This document shows, piece by piece, positions 19,730-30,245 of a stretch of DNA of 64,000 nucleotides. Position 1 is the first letter of the stretch; each line of letters begins with the position of its first letter. This DNA comes from a virus. The stretch is from IMG/VR virus record IMGVR_UViG_3300025276_000020. One strand, written 5' to 3'. A program made the translations under genes and the position numbers. The notes beneath the pieces are model-generated. The model was not told the origin of the DNA. It worked only from the letters and a program-made list of their open reading frames with translations, and did not search any database.

Positions 19730-20251
19730 ATGACTACAGAATCACTAGCAGAAATTACTGCTAAATGTTGTGAATTGAAAGAGCCGTCTGAACAGATAGC
19801 ATACTTGAGAGAGAACAACTCAATCGAACTGAGGAATATCCTCATATTAATGTACGACAAGAAGTGGAGTTTTAATATCCCTTCTAGCGCACCACCATAC
19901 ACACCATCTGTGCATCTAGAATCGCACGGCATGTTGTATCGTGAGGCACGTAAGTTGTCGTACTTTGTTAATGAAATGAAAGAAGGTGAAAATCTTAACA
20001 CTGTTAAGAAAGAGTCCATGTTCATTCAAATACTGGAAACTGTTGATGAGGCAGACGCTAAGTTGCTTCTACAGATGTTACGTAAAGAGCCTTTTGCCGA
20101 ATTATTGGCAGAGACCATTAACGAAGCGTTTGATGGAATTATCTCAGATCCAGTTCCTGCCACACCTCTAAAAAAGAAGCGTGGTCGACCAGCTAAGGTC
20201 AAGACTGAATCGTGGGAAACGCAGACCGAAGCTGGTACTCAACCAGCATAA
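19730..20251 (+). CDS. T4-like hypothetical protein with C-terminal AT-hook-like motif
   Basis: PPYTP...LYREARKL..F...KESMFIQILE; KKKRGRPAK; position after rnh. Confidence 0.65.
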   Translation: MTTESLAEITAKCCELKEPSEQIAYLRENNSIELRNILILMYDKKWSFNIPSSAPPYTPSVHLESHGMLYREARKLSYFVNEMKEGENLNTVKKESMFIQILETVDEADAKLLLQMLRKEPFAELLAETINEAFDGIISDPVPATPLKKKRGRPAKVKTESWETQTEAGTQPA

Positions 20252-20489
20252 CGTTACACCAACAAAAAGAGTGATGGACAGATGGGCAAAGGTAAGAAGT
20301 TTCGTGAGTGGATCGAAGATGAGGCTGAGAAGAATGAAGAACTCAGATTCAAGAAGAAAGACTCAAAGCGATACGACAAGCGTAAGGCTAGTATCAAAGA
20401 AGCTAGACGTGCTAAGAATAAGCACAAGGATACTTTCTTTAATTAGGGGTTGACTTTATAATGAAACGATGCTATAATAACAGCATCAA

Positions 20490-21092
20490 ATGAAAAGGTA
20501 TATTATGATAAAAAAGAATGAGAAATTGATGTTGGTCGACTGTGACGGTGTTCTGGTCGACTGGCTCTATAGCTTCAATAACTGGATGGAACAGCATGGA
20601 CATTTTGCTATTTCTGGAGTTACTGAATACGAATTGGGTGCCGTTTATGGGCTACCTAAAGCTGAGATGAAGGGACTCATTAAACACTTCAACGAGAGTG
20701 CGGCTATCTGTTGCATTCCACCTCTGCGTGATGCACTCAAGTATGTGAGAAAGATGCACGAAGATTTAGGATACGTATTTCACTGTATCACTAGTCTAAG
20801 TCTCGATCAACATGCTGGTATATTACGTAAACAAAACATCGAAAATCTATTCGGTAAGACAGCATTTGAGAAGATCATTTGCTTAGATACTGGTGCAGAT
20901 AAAGATGATGCACTTAAGCCTTACATGGATACAGGATGTATTTGGGTCGAAGATAAACCACAGAACGCTGAACTAGGTGCCGAATTGGGACTTAATGCGA
21001 TACTGATCAATCATGACCACAATGCGTATTATAGTCATGACGATGTTACTAGGGTAAATAACTGGAAAGAAATTTACGAAATGGTAGCATAA
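20490..21092 (+). CDS. HAD-family phosphatase/nucleotidase (T4 gp30.2-like)
   Basis: LVDCDGVLVDW, WVEDKP.N, NNWKEI. Confidence 0.8.
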   Translation: MKRYIMIKKNEKLMLVDCDGVLVDWLYSFNNWMEQHGHFAISGVTEYELGAVYGLPKAEMKGLIKHFNESAAICCIPPLRDALKYVRKMHEDLGYVFHCITSLSLDQHAGILRKQNIENLFGKTAFEKIICLDTGADKDDALKPYMDTGCIWVEDKPQNAELGAELGLNAILINHDHNAYYSHDDVTRVNNWKEIYEMVA

Positions 21093-21133
21093 CAGCGTTA
21101 TGAAGATATAAATATCCATGATGGGTACACTAT

Positions 21134-21162
21134 GAAGGCGATCTCAGGGTCGCCTTTCTTTT
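21134..21162 (+). terminator. Intrinsic terminator or hairpin
   Basis: GAAGGCGA-TCTCAGGG-TCGCCTTT then U-rich tract. Confidence 0.55.
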
Positions 21163-21181
21163 ATAAATTGGAGAATAAATA

Positions 21182-21418
21182 ATGCCGATATACACTTTCG
21201 AGAACATCGAAACTGGTGAGCAAGTTGATAAGATTATGAAAATGGATGATCGTGAATCTTACCTGTCTTCCAATCCCAATATGAAACAAGTCATCACTAA
21301 AGCTCCGTCTTTGGGTGATCCACATCGTATGGGAGTCATCAAGACACCAGATAGTTTTAACTCACTAATGAAGAACATTCATAAAAACAATCCGGGGTCT
21401 AAAATACAAACTAGATAA
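21182..21418 (+). CDS. FmdB-like small protein (cysteines absent)
   Basis: MPIYTF....GE; usual position upstream of phoH. Confidence 0.6.
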   Translation: MPIYTFENIETGEQVDKIMKMDDRESYLSSNPNMKQVITKAPSLGDPHRMGVIKTPDSFNSLMKNIHKNNPGSKIQTR

Positions 21419-21431
21419 GGATGGATTTCAC

Positions 21432-22187
21432 ATGCCTGCACAACAACAAGAGCGGTTAACCAAAAGGCAACGGCGAGTACTTAGACAGCAAGGAATATTA
21501 GACACAGAGAATAACCTCACATCAAATTTTACAGTCAGTAAAGACATCGGACCAATGACAGATAATCAATCTGTTGCATTCGATGCTTGGGATAATGGAG
21601 ATAATCTGATGCTTCACGGCATCGCAGGAACAGGTAAAACGTTTCTAGGATTACTCTTCTCACTCAAGGAAGTCATGGCAAAAAACTCATATTACAAAAA
21701 AGTGTATATCGTCCGGTCGATTGTGCCGACTAGGGACATTGGTTTTTTACCTGGATCACAGAAGGATAAGATGAAAGTCTATGAAGCTCCTTACTATGAT
21801 ATCGCATCCAAGCTGTTTAATCGAGGTGATGCTTACGAGATACTTAAGCAACGAAATCAAGTAGAGTTTATATCTACCTCATTCCTCAGAGGTTCCACAT
21901 TCGATGATTGCATCCTTGTGGTAGATGAGGTTCAAAACATGAGCGATCAGGAACTCCACACAGTCATGACACGTGTTGGCGAAAATTGCAGAATCATTTT
22001 CTGCGGTGACGTTAAGCAAGATGATTTGACTAGTGAGCGTAAGAAAGAGATGTCTGGCTTACGAGTTTTTATGAGAATCATTGAACGTATGAAAGAGTTT
22101 AAATTCATTGAATTCCAAGCGTCTGACATTGTACGTAGTGCATTAGTCAAGGCATATATTCTAGAACGAGACAGACAAGGACTATAA
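21432..22187 (+). CDS. phoH: PhoH-family ATPase
   Basis: GIAGTGKT, RDIGFLPG, FLRGSTF, DEVQN, TRVGE, GD..QDDL, DIVRS. Confidence 0.95.
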   Translation: MPAQQQERLTKRQRRVLRQQGILDTENNLTSNFTVSKDIGPMTDNQSVAFDAWDNGDNLMLHGIAGTGKTFLGLLFSLKEVMAKNSYYKKVYIVRSIVPTRDIGFLPGSQKDKMKVYEAPYYDIASKLFNRGDAYEILKQRNQVEFISTSFLRGSTFDDCILVVDEVQNMSDQELHTVMTRVGENCRIIFCGDVKQDDLTSERKKEMSGLRVFMRIIERMKEFKFIEFQASDIVRSALVKAYILERDRQGL

Positions 22188-22190
22188 ATA
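22183..22190 (+). promoter_or_regulatory. Late promoter TATAAATA
   Basis: Exact consensus upstream of the cluster ending in the PAAR gene. Confidence 0.7.
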
Positions 22191-22515
22191 CTATTATGGA
22201 AAATTACAAACAAAAATTAAAAGGCATGACCGAGCTAAACGCTGACGGTAATGAAACTCGAGGACGGGAGGGCGAAAGCCTTCTCGTTGAGATTCGACCA
22301 GAATCCCTCGGACAAATGGGCTGGGATTTTGGAGAAGATGCTGAAATCGCAGACTTAACAGATAAGAAATTGCTGAGAGGATAAGATGGCAGAACAACCT
22401 AGAATAAGAATTTTTGAACTTGAAGATGGAACTAGAGTTGGTAAACAATTACTTAATGCAGAAGTCGCTGTATTCTTGGCAGCCAACGCTGGATCATCTT
22501 TAATAAGGTAAACGC

Positions 22516-23016
22516 ATGGCAACCACTGCTCTTTTAGGTGCAAACTCTAATATTGCAAGCGATCAAAGCGGAGACGCATTCTTTGCTGGCAATACTGGTG
22601 TTGGCGAAGAGATCACTAGATTACCTCCCGTGTATGCAAACGATGGATATTCTGTGAACGTGTCTTTTGAAGATGCTGGAGGAACGGCAGTAACTTCTGT
22701 CTCAACACCTAACAATGCAAACTTTAATTTCACTGCCGGCACTGATAATGTGACTATCACTCAACAGAATGATCCGTTTAGTGTTTCCTATTCTTGCCTT
22801 ATGGAAGATTACACAACTCAGACCTTTACTACTCATACAGCCGCACTAGCGGCATCTAGTCCTGCGTTGCTCACGTTGATGTCCCTAACTATTCCAAATC
22901 CTGTGACTATCGAAGAATCTCACGTTTTCACTACATCGGATTCGGCAATCACATTGAACCAATCGAATCACTTTAAAGCTCAAAGCTTTATAAGTATCGT
23001 ACAAGCACTAGCATAG
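22516..23016 (+). CDS. Probable virion structural protein (Thr/Ala/Ser-rich)
   Basis: Beta-rich composition; lies in late cluster directly before PAAR. Confidence 0.5.
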   Translation: MATTALLGANSNIASDQSGDAFFAGNTGVGEEITRLPPVYANDGYSVNVSFEDAGGTAVTSVSTPNNANFNFTAGTDNVTITQQNDPFSVSYSCLMEDYTTQTFTTHTAALAASSPALLTLMSLTIPNPVTIEESHVFTTSDSAITLNQSNHFKAQSFISIVQALA

Positions 23017-23028
23017 AGGAATAAGCAT

Positions 23029-23331
23029 ATGCCAATGGCAGCCAGAAACACTGATGATATTCTTACAGGGCATCCATGCGATGTTACTTCGACTATCGTA
23101 GCAACTAAAGCAGTTAAGGTATTCATTCAAGGTCAAATGGCAGCCGTAGTGGGCGATGCTATAGCTCCTCACACCATTCTCGCTGGCTCATCTTGTGTTC
23201 CTCATGCCGCTGTAACTGGTCCAGGCTCGACTAAAGTATTCTGTGGAGGGTTTTCTGCAAACAGAGTAGGAGATGTCGCTGATATGGGAGCTATCATAAG
23301 CGGTTCAACTAAAGTGATAATAGGCGGATAA
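23029..23331 (+). CDS. PAAR-repeat spike tip protein (gp5.4-like)
   Basis: MPMAAR..D...GH, AAVVGD..APH, PH, RVGD, GSTKVIIGG. Confidence 0.9.
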   Translation: MPMAARNTDDILTGHPCDVTSTIVATKAVKVFIQGQMAAVVGDAIAPHTILAGSSCVPHAAVTGPGSTKVFCGGFSANRVGDVADMGAIISGSTKVIIGG

Positions 23332-23389
23332 AAAGGTTGACAACCACCTAAAAGTGTAGTATAATATATATTCAATTGAGAGGAATATT

Positions 23390-24058
23390 ATGTTTACACA
23401 CGTTGATCACAATTTAGTTGTCCAGGAGATGTCAGCAGACACCTCAGATAAAGGACGATTTTATACTACGCCATCCGGTGCAGTTCTACCATCAGTAACT
23501 ACAGTTCTAAGTGTCCAAGATAAATCTGGATTAGATGCTTGGAGAAAACGTGTAGGAGAAGATGAAGCTAATAGAGTCATGAATCAGGCTGCCACTCGTG
23601 GTACTGCCGTTCACCAACTCGCAGAAGATTACGTCAACAATGACGCTAATTGGAAGAAGGGCGCAATGCCCGCAAATCTATTCACATTCAATACAATCAA
23701 GACCGTTCTAGACAAGCATCTAGATAACGTCTGGATGCAAGAAGTTCCACTTTACAGTGAGAAGCTTTCGGTAGCTGGTCGAGTTGACTGTATTGCAGAG
23801 TGGGACGGTGTTCTATCGATCATCGACTACAAGACATCCAGACGTCCAAAAAGAATCGAATATGTAGAAAGCTACTTTATTCAAGAGTCGGTTTATGCCG
23901 CTTGTTTCTATGAGATGACTGGTATTCCAATCAAACAGATCGTCACAGTTATTGCTGTCGATGATAATGAGCCTCAGGTATTCATCGAGAAGCCTTTGAA
24001 TCATCTCCACAAGTTCGTAGCTCTACGAGAAAAATACAGAAAATTGAAGGGAATTTGA
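23390..24058 (+). CDS. PD-(D/E)xK exonuclease
   Basis: LPSVTTVL, RGTAVH, AGRVDCIAE, IIDYKTS, YFIQ..Y. Confidence 0.88.
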   Translation: MFTHVDHNLVVQEMSADTSDKGRFYTTPSGAVLPSVTTVLSVQDKSGLDAWRKRVGEDEANRVMNQAATRGTAVHQLAEDYVNNDANWKKGAMPANLFTFNTIKTVLDKHLDNVWMQEVPLYSEKLSVAGRVDCIAEWDGVLSIIDYKTSRRPKRIEYVESYFIQESVYAACFYEMTGIPIKQIVTVIAVDDNEPQVFIEKPLNHLHKFVALREKYRKLKGI

Positions 24059-24095
24059 AAATAAAGGTTGACATTGCTGTCCAACCTGCTATAAT
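24056..24095 (+). promoter_or_regulatory. Early promoter cassette
   Basis: AAAATAAAGG-TTGACA-16-TATAAT; AGGTTG-N11-CAACCT inverted repeat. Confidence 0.85.
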
Positions 24096-24280
24096 ACATG
24101 TATAAATTGATGAAAAGAGTGATGATATGAGAATTAAAGGTGCAACGACTGTTTTGAACAAAGAGTGTGAGTTTCTAGGATTAACCTGGGATCAACTGAT
24201 GATCTTTATTCAACGTAACCCATACGCTATGCCAATCAAAGTAATCGAGGCATACAAGGTATATATCTCTGAAAAGAGTT

Positions 24281-24318
24281 AAAATAAAGGTTGACATTGT
24301 GGTCCAACCTGTTATAAT
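24281..24318 (+). promoter_or_regulatory. Early promoter cassette
   Basis: AAAATAAAGGTTGACATTGTGGTCCAACCTGTTATAAT. Confidence 0.85.
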
Positions 24319-24739
24319 ATGTGTATAAACTAAAGAAAGTGAGTCAATATGACAAATTTAAATAATCTAACTAACATTGAAGTCGAGGGAATCGACATGC
24401 AGGACTATCCAAAGTTCTGTGACGCATTCATTGCGTATGCTGAAACTGCTGATGGAGTTGCTCTTACTGAGCAAGAACTAGATATCGTTAATGACGATCA
24501 ACAATACTACGATGTCCTCTATCAAGCCATCGAAGATCATATACATTAAGGATATAATATGTGGGTAGCAAAACCAAATCTGAATAACAAAAACGGAATC
24601 AAAGAGTTCCCGACAGCTAAAGAAGCTGTAGCTTACCTTGAGGAATACACCGGGATTGAAATGGCTTATGATAGAAATCGTAAGACCAAAGAGATCACCT
24701 ATGACTGGGAAATAATTGAAAAATTGTGGAAGAAAAGGG

Positions 24740-24767
24740 TTGACAATTCCTGATGACCTGCTATAAT
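24740..24767 (+). promoter_or_regulatory. Early promoter (cassette variant)
   Basis: TTGACA-16-TATAAT with ACCTGC before the -10. Confidence 0.75.
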
Positions 24768-24933
24768 ATAATCTGATGTTAAAAAAATGGAGAAATATTA
24801 TGAGTAGGGAAGATAAGATAAAAGAGTTGTGGGCAGAGTATCAAGCTATAATGGCTAATGCCTATATGGGTGATGAGAACGAAGTGCTAGAGAAAATTGA
24901 AGCACTCGGTGGATTAAATGATGAGGACTTAGT

Positions 24934-25341
24934 ATGAAACTAGTAATTCAAACGCAGTATCGTGAGAACTATGGCGCCCATGATTGGGACGGTGAGGGTG
25001 AATGTCCTCAGTACTGGAAGTTCAAAGGCGGCTCGACCTACGTTATTGAGAACGTTGGAGTTATTTCTAGCGTGGAGTATTCCGCTCTGAAGAATAGCGT
25101 TACTCGTCTGATTGAGTATAGTGATGAGGGGTCTGAAGAGTACCTATTACATTGTCATCTTGAAGAGGATGATAGTGTTGTTTGTGAGGAGTGGGAAGTA
25201 CCTTACATTCTTCAGAGAAATGGTTATGGGTTATACATAGCCAACAGAAGCCACGAGACCTACACTGAGTCATATGTCATGATGCCCGAAGGCGACCGTA
25301 CTGAGTACATTCGTTTTAATAAGGTTGGGATTGCGGCATGA
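24934..25341 (+). CDS. Hypothetical phage protein
   Basis: TQYRENYGAHDWDGEGECPQYWKFKGG. Confidence 0.7.
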   Translation: MKLVIQTQYRENYGAHDWDGEGECPQYWKFKGGSTYVIENVGVISSVEYSALKNSVTRLIEYSDEGSEEYLLHCHLEEDDSVVCEEWEVPYILQRNGYGLYIANRSHETYTESYVMMPEGDRTEYIRFNKVGIAA

Positions 25342-25640
25342 GGTGGTTAGGTTGGGTATGGGGAACTTTCAAATTAATCTGGAATGTTTCCTTGTACCTG
25401 ATCGTAATGTTAATAATCCTAGCGGTAATTATTAACTTGACAGGTATTTAAAATCCGTGTATAATAGCCTGGTACAACATGAAAAAGGATAATATATGTT
25501 CTATTTGAAAGTAACGAAGAAGTCTGGTTGGACATCGATGTATGAGATGTTCACCAAAGAGCAAGTAGAGTGGCTTAAAACCTCTCTGATTGCTGAAGAT
25601 GGTCTTGCAGAAGATCAAATTGAAATCGGTGAGATGTCTA

Positions 25641-25973
25641 ATGCTTAAAGTTAGTATTGCCGATGTGGGTGGGGAAGTTGTTCATGACACAGATGTTTAC
25701 ACTGTCAAGGACAACAACCACCTAAAAGACTTGACTGTGAGTAGTACTATGCTCAGAGCCAAGCAAATGACCTCTGGTCATTCACACGAAGGTCAAGAAG
25801 AAGTGTATCACTTTACTAAAGGTAGAGGCAGTATGCAGATCGATGACAAAACATTTCCTGTCGATGCTGGTGACATAATACTAGTAGACTCAGGAGAATA
25901 CCATAGGGTCTATAATGACTCTGATTTGGGACTACACTTCGTATGTGTGTTCAATGGAGGAAGAAACCACTGA
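25641..25973 (+). CDS. Cupin-domain protein
   Basis: GHSH..QEEVY.F..G, GD...V..GEYHRVYN. Confidence 0.85.
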   Translation: MLKVSIADVGGEVVHDTDVYTVKDNNHLKDLTVSSTMLRAKQMTSGHSHEGQEEVYHFTKGRGSMQIDDKTFPVDAGDIILVDSGEYHRVYNDSDLGLHFVCVFNGGRNH

Positions 25974-26524
25974 TGAACGTATTTGTACTACACCGAGATC
26001 CCGTAATCGCCGCTAATATGCAATGCGATAAGCACGTGGTAAAGATGATTGTCGAGAGCGCCCAAATGCTATCTACGGCACATCGAATGCTCGATGGTAC
26101 AATGTCAAAACGTCCATCAAAGTCTGGCAAAAGAATGGTGCCGCACTACACGCTCCCAGACTGGCGTGAACAAACGTTTTACAAAGCTGTACACTTCAAT
26201 CATCCATGCACTGTGTGGACGATGATGAATAGCGGTAACTACTCTTGGCACTGGGTGCATTTCAAAGCACTTTGTAAAGAGTACACGTATCGCTATGGTA
26301 AAGTACACAAAAGTGAATCGTTGTTGCTAGAGGCTTTAGAGAAGCAACCCACGAACATACCAAAGGGTGAAATGTCTAAATGGCCGTTAGCGATGGGTGC
26401 GGCACCGCAGTGTATGATGGAAGATGTCGTAAAATCATATCGTGCATTCTATCACACAAAACAAGAGAGGTTCAAGATGGCTTGGACTAAACGTGAAATT
26501 CCTGATTGGTTTCAGGTAGCATAG
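25973..26524 (+). CDS. Pyrimidine-dimer DNA glycosylase-like protein (DenV-related family)
   Basis: MNVFVL, CDKHVVKMIVESAQMLSTAH, HFNHPCTVW, EYTYRYGKVH, YRAFY. Confidence 0.8.
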   Translation: MNVFVLHRDPVIAANMQCDKHVVKMIVESAQMLSTAHRMLDGTMSKRPSKSGKRMVPHYTLPDWREQTFYKAVHFNHPCTVWTMMNSGNYSWHWVHFKALCKEYTYRYGKVHKSESLLLEALEKQPTNIPKGEMSKWPLAMGAAPQCMMEDVVKSYRAFYHTKQERFKMAWTKREIPDWFQVA

Positions 26525-27289
26525 GAGAAAAGATATGAGATATTATCTAATGACGCCAGATCATAAAAAGAGCATGGTCGAGTACACTAGGTTTACCAAA
26601 GAAATCGATGGTATCAGCACACACTTAGTTAAAGAGGAAGGCTATCGTGGCGGAAGCTTCGTAGTAAAAGTTCCTGAAACACTGGGTGAACTAGATGACT
26701 GGCTCAAGGAGCGTGATATTACCTTTGACGAAGCTGTAGAATCCTATGGAGCCGATCACACCTCATGGCCGTTTTTGCCCACCGCCGATTTAGATTGGAT
26801 CGATGTAGATGATTACGATCACGAGTTTCTTCAGGCACACGATGGATGCTGGAGTGACTGGGCGATAAATCAGTACACCTCTAGCGGTGCTGGAGACGAA
26901 GGAGTCTTGAGTGTCGAACAGAAAGATGAGATGCTAGATAAAATCTACGACATCTATGATGAAGAGTATGAAGAGGGCATCGAAGCAGATGGTTGGGATA
27001 TGCGAGGTTGCTACTGGGAAATACATTGTACCGTATCGCTAGAAGAAAGCGATGAACATGGAAATATATTAGACGAGGGTCTAGAAGACGATGACTGAAA
27101 AGAATAAAGAAACACTGTACATGATAATAGCTTTTTTACTAGCTACGACCTTATTTTACATATGGTTTGGATGGGCTGAAGTCCTAAAGGATGAACCTGA
27201 GGTAGAATATACATATCATGGACATGAAATAACTGCGGAAGAATTAGAAGAATTTGAAGATGAAATGTTATCTCCAATAGCTCCTCAGT

Positions 27290-27327
27290 AAAATAAAGGT
27301 TGACATCTCCGTCCAACCTGTTATAAT
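27290..27327 (+). promoter_or_regulatory. Early promoter cassette
   Basis: AAAATAAAGGTTGACATCTCCGTCCAACCTGTTATAAT. Confidence 0.85.
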
Positions 27328-27357
27328 ATACTCTTAATGATGAAAAGAGTGATATAA

Positions 27358-27600
27358 ATGAGTAAAAAGAAAACGCCTTTAGTATGGTACGTTAAGTGGA
27401 TCGCAACGATGGCTGTTCTGGTGTCGGTATCTTTTAGATATGCCGGTGTCGAATATCATGTACTAGACTTGGCTTTTGGTAGTGCAGGTGCCGTAATGTG
27501 GTTATGGGTGTCTATACTATGGAATGACAGGGCACTGATCATTCTCAATACAGTGATGTTTATCATGCTCTTTGGTGGTCTATTAAAGAATTTATTTTAA
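27358..27600 (+). CDS. Small 3-TM membrane protein
   Basis: WYVKW.AT, W.WVS.LWNDRALIILN. Confidence 0.7.
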   Translation: MSKKKTPLVWYVKWIATMAVLVSVSFRYAGVEYHVLDLAFGSAGAVMWLWVSILWNDRALIILNTVMFIMLFGGLLKNLF

Positions 27601-27606
27601 AATAAA

Positions 27607-27646
27607 TGAAAATAAAGGTTGACATTGCTGTCCAGCCTGATATAAT
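27607..27646 (+). promoter_or_regulatory. Early promoter cassette
   Basis: GAAAATAAAGGTTGACATTGCTGTCCAGCCTGATATAAT. Confidence 0.85.
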
Positions 27647-27671
27647 AGATACATAGATTGAGGAGAAAGAG

Positions 27672-29885
27672 ATGTTACAGTCAAAGTCAGTATTAGCCAG
27701 ATTGCTTGCCAACGAGAATATCAGTGTTGAGCAGGGCAACTATCCCACAGCATTTTTTGATGTAGAAAATCGTACTCTTGGTTTGCCTCTCTGGAAAGAG
27801 ATGTCTGCTGATGAGACCGATCTTCTGATTGGTCATGAAATTGGTCACGCATTATTTACCCCACAGACTAAAGAAGAGATCACCGTTCCTGGTGTTCCAC
27901 ATTCTTATATGAACGTTGTCGAAGATATCCGCATCGAGCGTAAAGTTCTTGACAAGTATCCTGGTCTAGTTTCTAATTTCAAACGTGGTTATCTTGGTCT
28001 CATGAATCGAGACATATTCGGTACCAAAGATAATGACATTAACGAAATGGGTTTCATGGATCGATTGAACCTTAAAGCTAAGGGTCGTGATCTAGTCGAA
28101 GTCGAGTTCTCTGAAGAGGAAATGCCTTACTTCAAAAAAGCAATGGCTGTCGAAACTTTCGAAGATGTTGCCAATGTTTGTAAAGAATTGGTCGCTTGGT
28201 TAGGTGACGGCAAGAAAGAGGAGCAAGAAGACGGTGATGAGACCACGAACGGTCAAAGCCAGTCTGAAGAGTCCGAAATGACTGCCCAAGACATAGCCGA
28301 TCTATTCGGTGAGAGTTCTGAAGAGCAGAGTGAAGAGGGTGAGCCTTCGGAATCAGAATCCGACTCTGATGAAGATGGTGATGAGGGCGAAGAGTCCGGA
28401 GCTGGTGAAGCTTCTGGTGAAAGTGAAGAGTCTGATCAAGAGGGTGAGAAATCTTCTAGCGGCGAGGAGTCTGAAGAGAAGTCTGAAGAGAATTCTGAGA
28501 GTTCAGTCAGTAGCGGTGCTGGTAATTCGCCTGATGATGTACCTGAAAATCTTCCTGAAATCAAAACTGAGAAAGCTCAACGTGAGAATATGAGTGATCT
28601 AGTTGAAGAAACTGATAAGCTGTTTCTTCAAGGCATGAACCGTGCAGTCTACGATATAGTTAAAGTTGGCTATAAAGAAGTGCTAGAAAATCGTAAAGAA
28701 TTTCGTAAAAAGCTTACTGAACATGATTATCAAACCGAGATGGATGATTCGAGCAGAGATTATGACGCTTTCATGTCCGAAAACAAGGGCGTTGTAAATC
28801 TTATGGCTAAAGAATTTGAGATGCGTAAGGCAGCCTATCGTTCAGCCAGAGCCCGTACTTCTACTAAGGGTTCGATTGACGTTAACAAGCTTCACGCCTA
28901 CAAGTATGACGATAACCTGTTTAAGCAAGTGACTACACTAGCAGACGGTAAGAACCACGGCATGATGATGCTAGTCGATTATTCTGGCTCAATGTACCAG
29001 CAACTCGATTCAGTGATACGTCAAACGATATCTCTGGTTCAGTTCTGCAAGCGAGTTAATATTCCTTTCGAGGTCTTTGCATTCACTACTGATAATAATG
29101 GACGTAACAGATTGGCAAATATCAGACAAGCTGGTGGTGTTAACACTAAGTTTGATTATGAAGACCTGGTTTTCATCGAACTGTTTTCTAATAAGATGTC
29201 CAAAAGTGAGTTAGAATACGCAATGCGTACTTCATTCTTTCACGGTCAGCAACCACGATGCATGGGACCTCTAGAGCGTTTAGGTAGTACGCCTTTGAAT
29301 GCGGCAATACTAGCTAGTCAGTTTGCCATTCAGGACTTCCTGCGTACTAATCCAGTGCATAAGATGAACCTGATTACTCTGACAGATGGAGCTAGTGATC
29401 CTGCTCGACACATTAGCGGAAAAGATGTTGAGAACCAAGATCGTGGTTGGGCTAAACGATACGTTATGAACGTCAAGGGAAAGCAAGTTGAAATTGCTTC
29501 ACGTTATGGATACGATTCTTCGAACACCTCAGCATTGTTGAACGCTGTTGCTGGTAAAAATGTTCAAACAGCCAACTTCTTCATCTGTACTCGAAGAGAC
29601 TTCAAATATGAACAGCATCGCTTATTGCCTTGGGACACTACTGCCCAACGAAAGGCTCAGAAAGATATGAGAGATAATGGAGTTTGGATCATGGACAATG
29701 CTGACGGATATGATCGCCGCTTCATCATGGTCGACAAGTCTGCTAGTATGTCTGGTGAGAATGATGAGTTTCAAGTTGATGCTGAAGCTACCCCAGCCCA
29801 GATCGCCCGAGCTTTTAAGAAGTTCAGTGGATCTAAGAAGGGTAACAGAGTAATTACCACTAAGTTTGCGGAATTAGTTGCATAA
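27672..29885 (+). CDS. CobT-like vWA protein with N-terminal HExxH domain and acidic linker (MoxR partner)
   Basis: GHEIGHALFT, NVVED.RIE, long E/S/D-rich linker, MIDAS DYSGS, STPL, LTDG. Confidence 0.85.
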   Translation: MLQSKSVLARLLANENISVEQGNYPTAFFDVENRTLGLPLWKEMSADETDLLIGHEIGHALFTPQTKEEITVPGVPHSYMNVVEDIRIERKVLDKYPGLVSNFKRGYLGLMNRDIFGTKDNDINEMGFMDRLNLKAKGRDLVEVEFSEEEMPYFKKAMAVETFEDVANVCKELVAWLGDGKKEEQEDGDETTNGQSQSEESEMTAQDIADLFGESSEEQSEEGEPSESESDSDEDGDEGEESGAGEASGESEESDQEGEKSSSGEESEEKSEENSESSVSSGAGNSPDDVPENLPEIKTEKAQRENMSDLVEETDKLFLQGMNRAVYDIVKVGYKEVLENRKEFRKKLTEHDYQTEMDDSSRDYDAFMSENKGVVNLMAKEFEMRKAAYRSARARTSTKGSIDVNKLHAYKYDDNLFKQVTTLADGKNHGMMMLVDYSGSMYQQLDSVIRQTISLVQFCKRVNIPFEVFAFTTDNNGRNRLANIRQAGGVNTKFDYEDLVFIELFSNKMSKSELEYAMRTSFFHGQQPRCMGPLERLGSTPLNAAILASQFAIQDFLRTNPVHKMNLITLTDGASDPARHISGKDVENQDRGWAKRYVMNVKGKQVEIASRYGYDSSNTSALLNAVAGKNVQTANFFICTRRDFKYEQHRLLPWDTTAQRKAQKDMRDNGVWIMDNADGYDRRFIMVDKSASMSGENDEFQVDAEATPAQIARAFKKFSGSKKGNRVITTKFAELVA

Positions 29886-29890
29886 ATAAC

Positions 29891-29929
29891 GAAAATAAGG
29901 GTTGACATTAGTGTCAATCCTGTTAAAAT
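29891..29929 (+). promoter_or_regulatory. Early promoter cassette
   Basis: GAAAATAAGGG-TTGACA-16-TAAAAT; GGGTTGACA/TGTCAATCC inverted repeat. Confidence 0.75.
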
Positions 29930-30160
29930 ATAATCTGAAATTGAGTTAAACCTTTGGAGATGAAAATGCAAAATGTTCAAGAAAAAATGCAGGCAATTAC
30001 TGCCGCTCAGAATGCCTTCGCTACTATAGAAAGTATTCGACCAGGTGCAATACCTCACGAGACTAAGGTATTGTTAGCCGAACTGAAAGTCGATCTAATG
30101 GATATCCAAGATGACCATGCCGTCCGATGGTTTGCAACCAAGCCATTTGAGCAATAAAAA

Positions 30161-30201
30161 GTGAAAATAATGGTTGACATTGTGGCTCAACCTGCTATAA
30201 T
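30161..30201 (+). promoter_or_regulatory. Early promoter cassette
   Basis: GTGAAAATAATGGTTGACATTGTGGCTCAACCTGCTATAAT. Confidence 0.85.
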
Positions 30202-30245
30202 ACTTGTATAGATTGAGATTAACCAATGAAGAGAGTACCTATATT

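Noticed and set aside
20181-20453. 90-aa ORF from the track
   Set aside because: Overlaps the upstream gene; a Lys-rich ORF in another frame (about 20282-20446, MGKGKKFREW...) looks more plausible
28200-28560. Low-complexity GA-rich stretch as a repeat element
   Set aside because: Encodes the acidic linker typical of CobT-like vWA proteins
24056-30201. Recurring 38-40 bp repeats near a Cas4-like exonuclease, suggesting CRISPR
   Set aside because: Spacing is irregular (hundreds to thousands of bp), the repeats are promoters, and the nuclease is the usual T4-like PD-(D/E)xK enzyme without Cas4 cysteines
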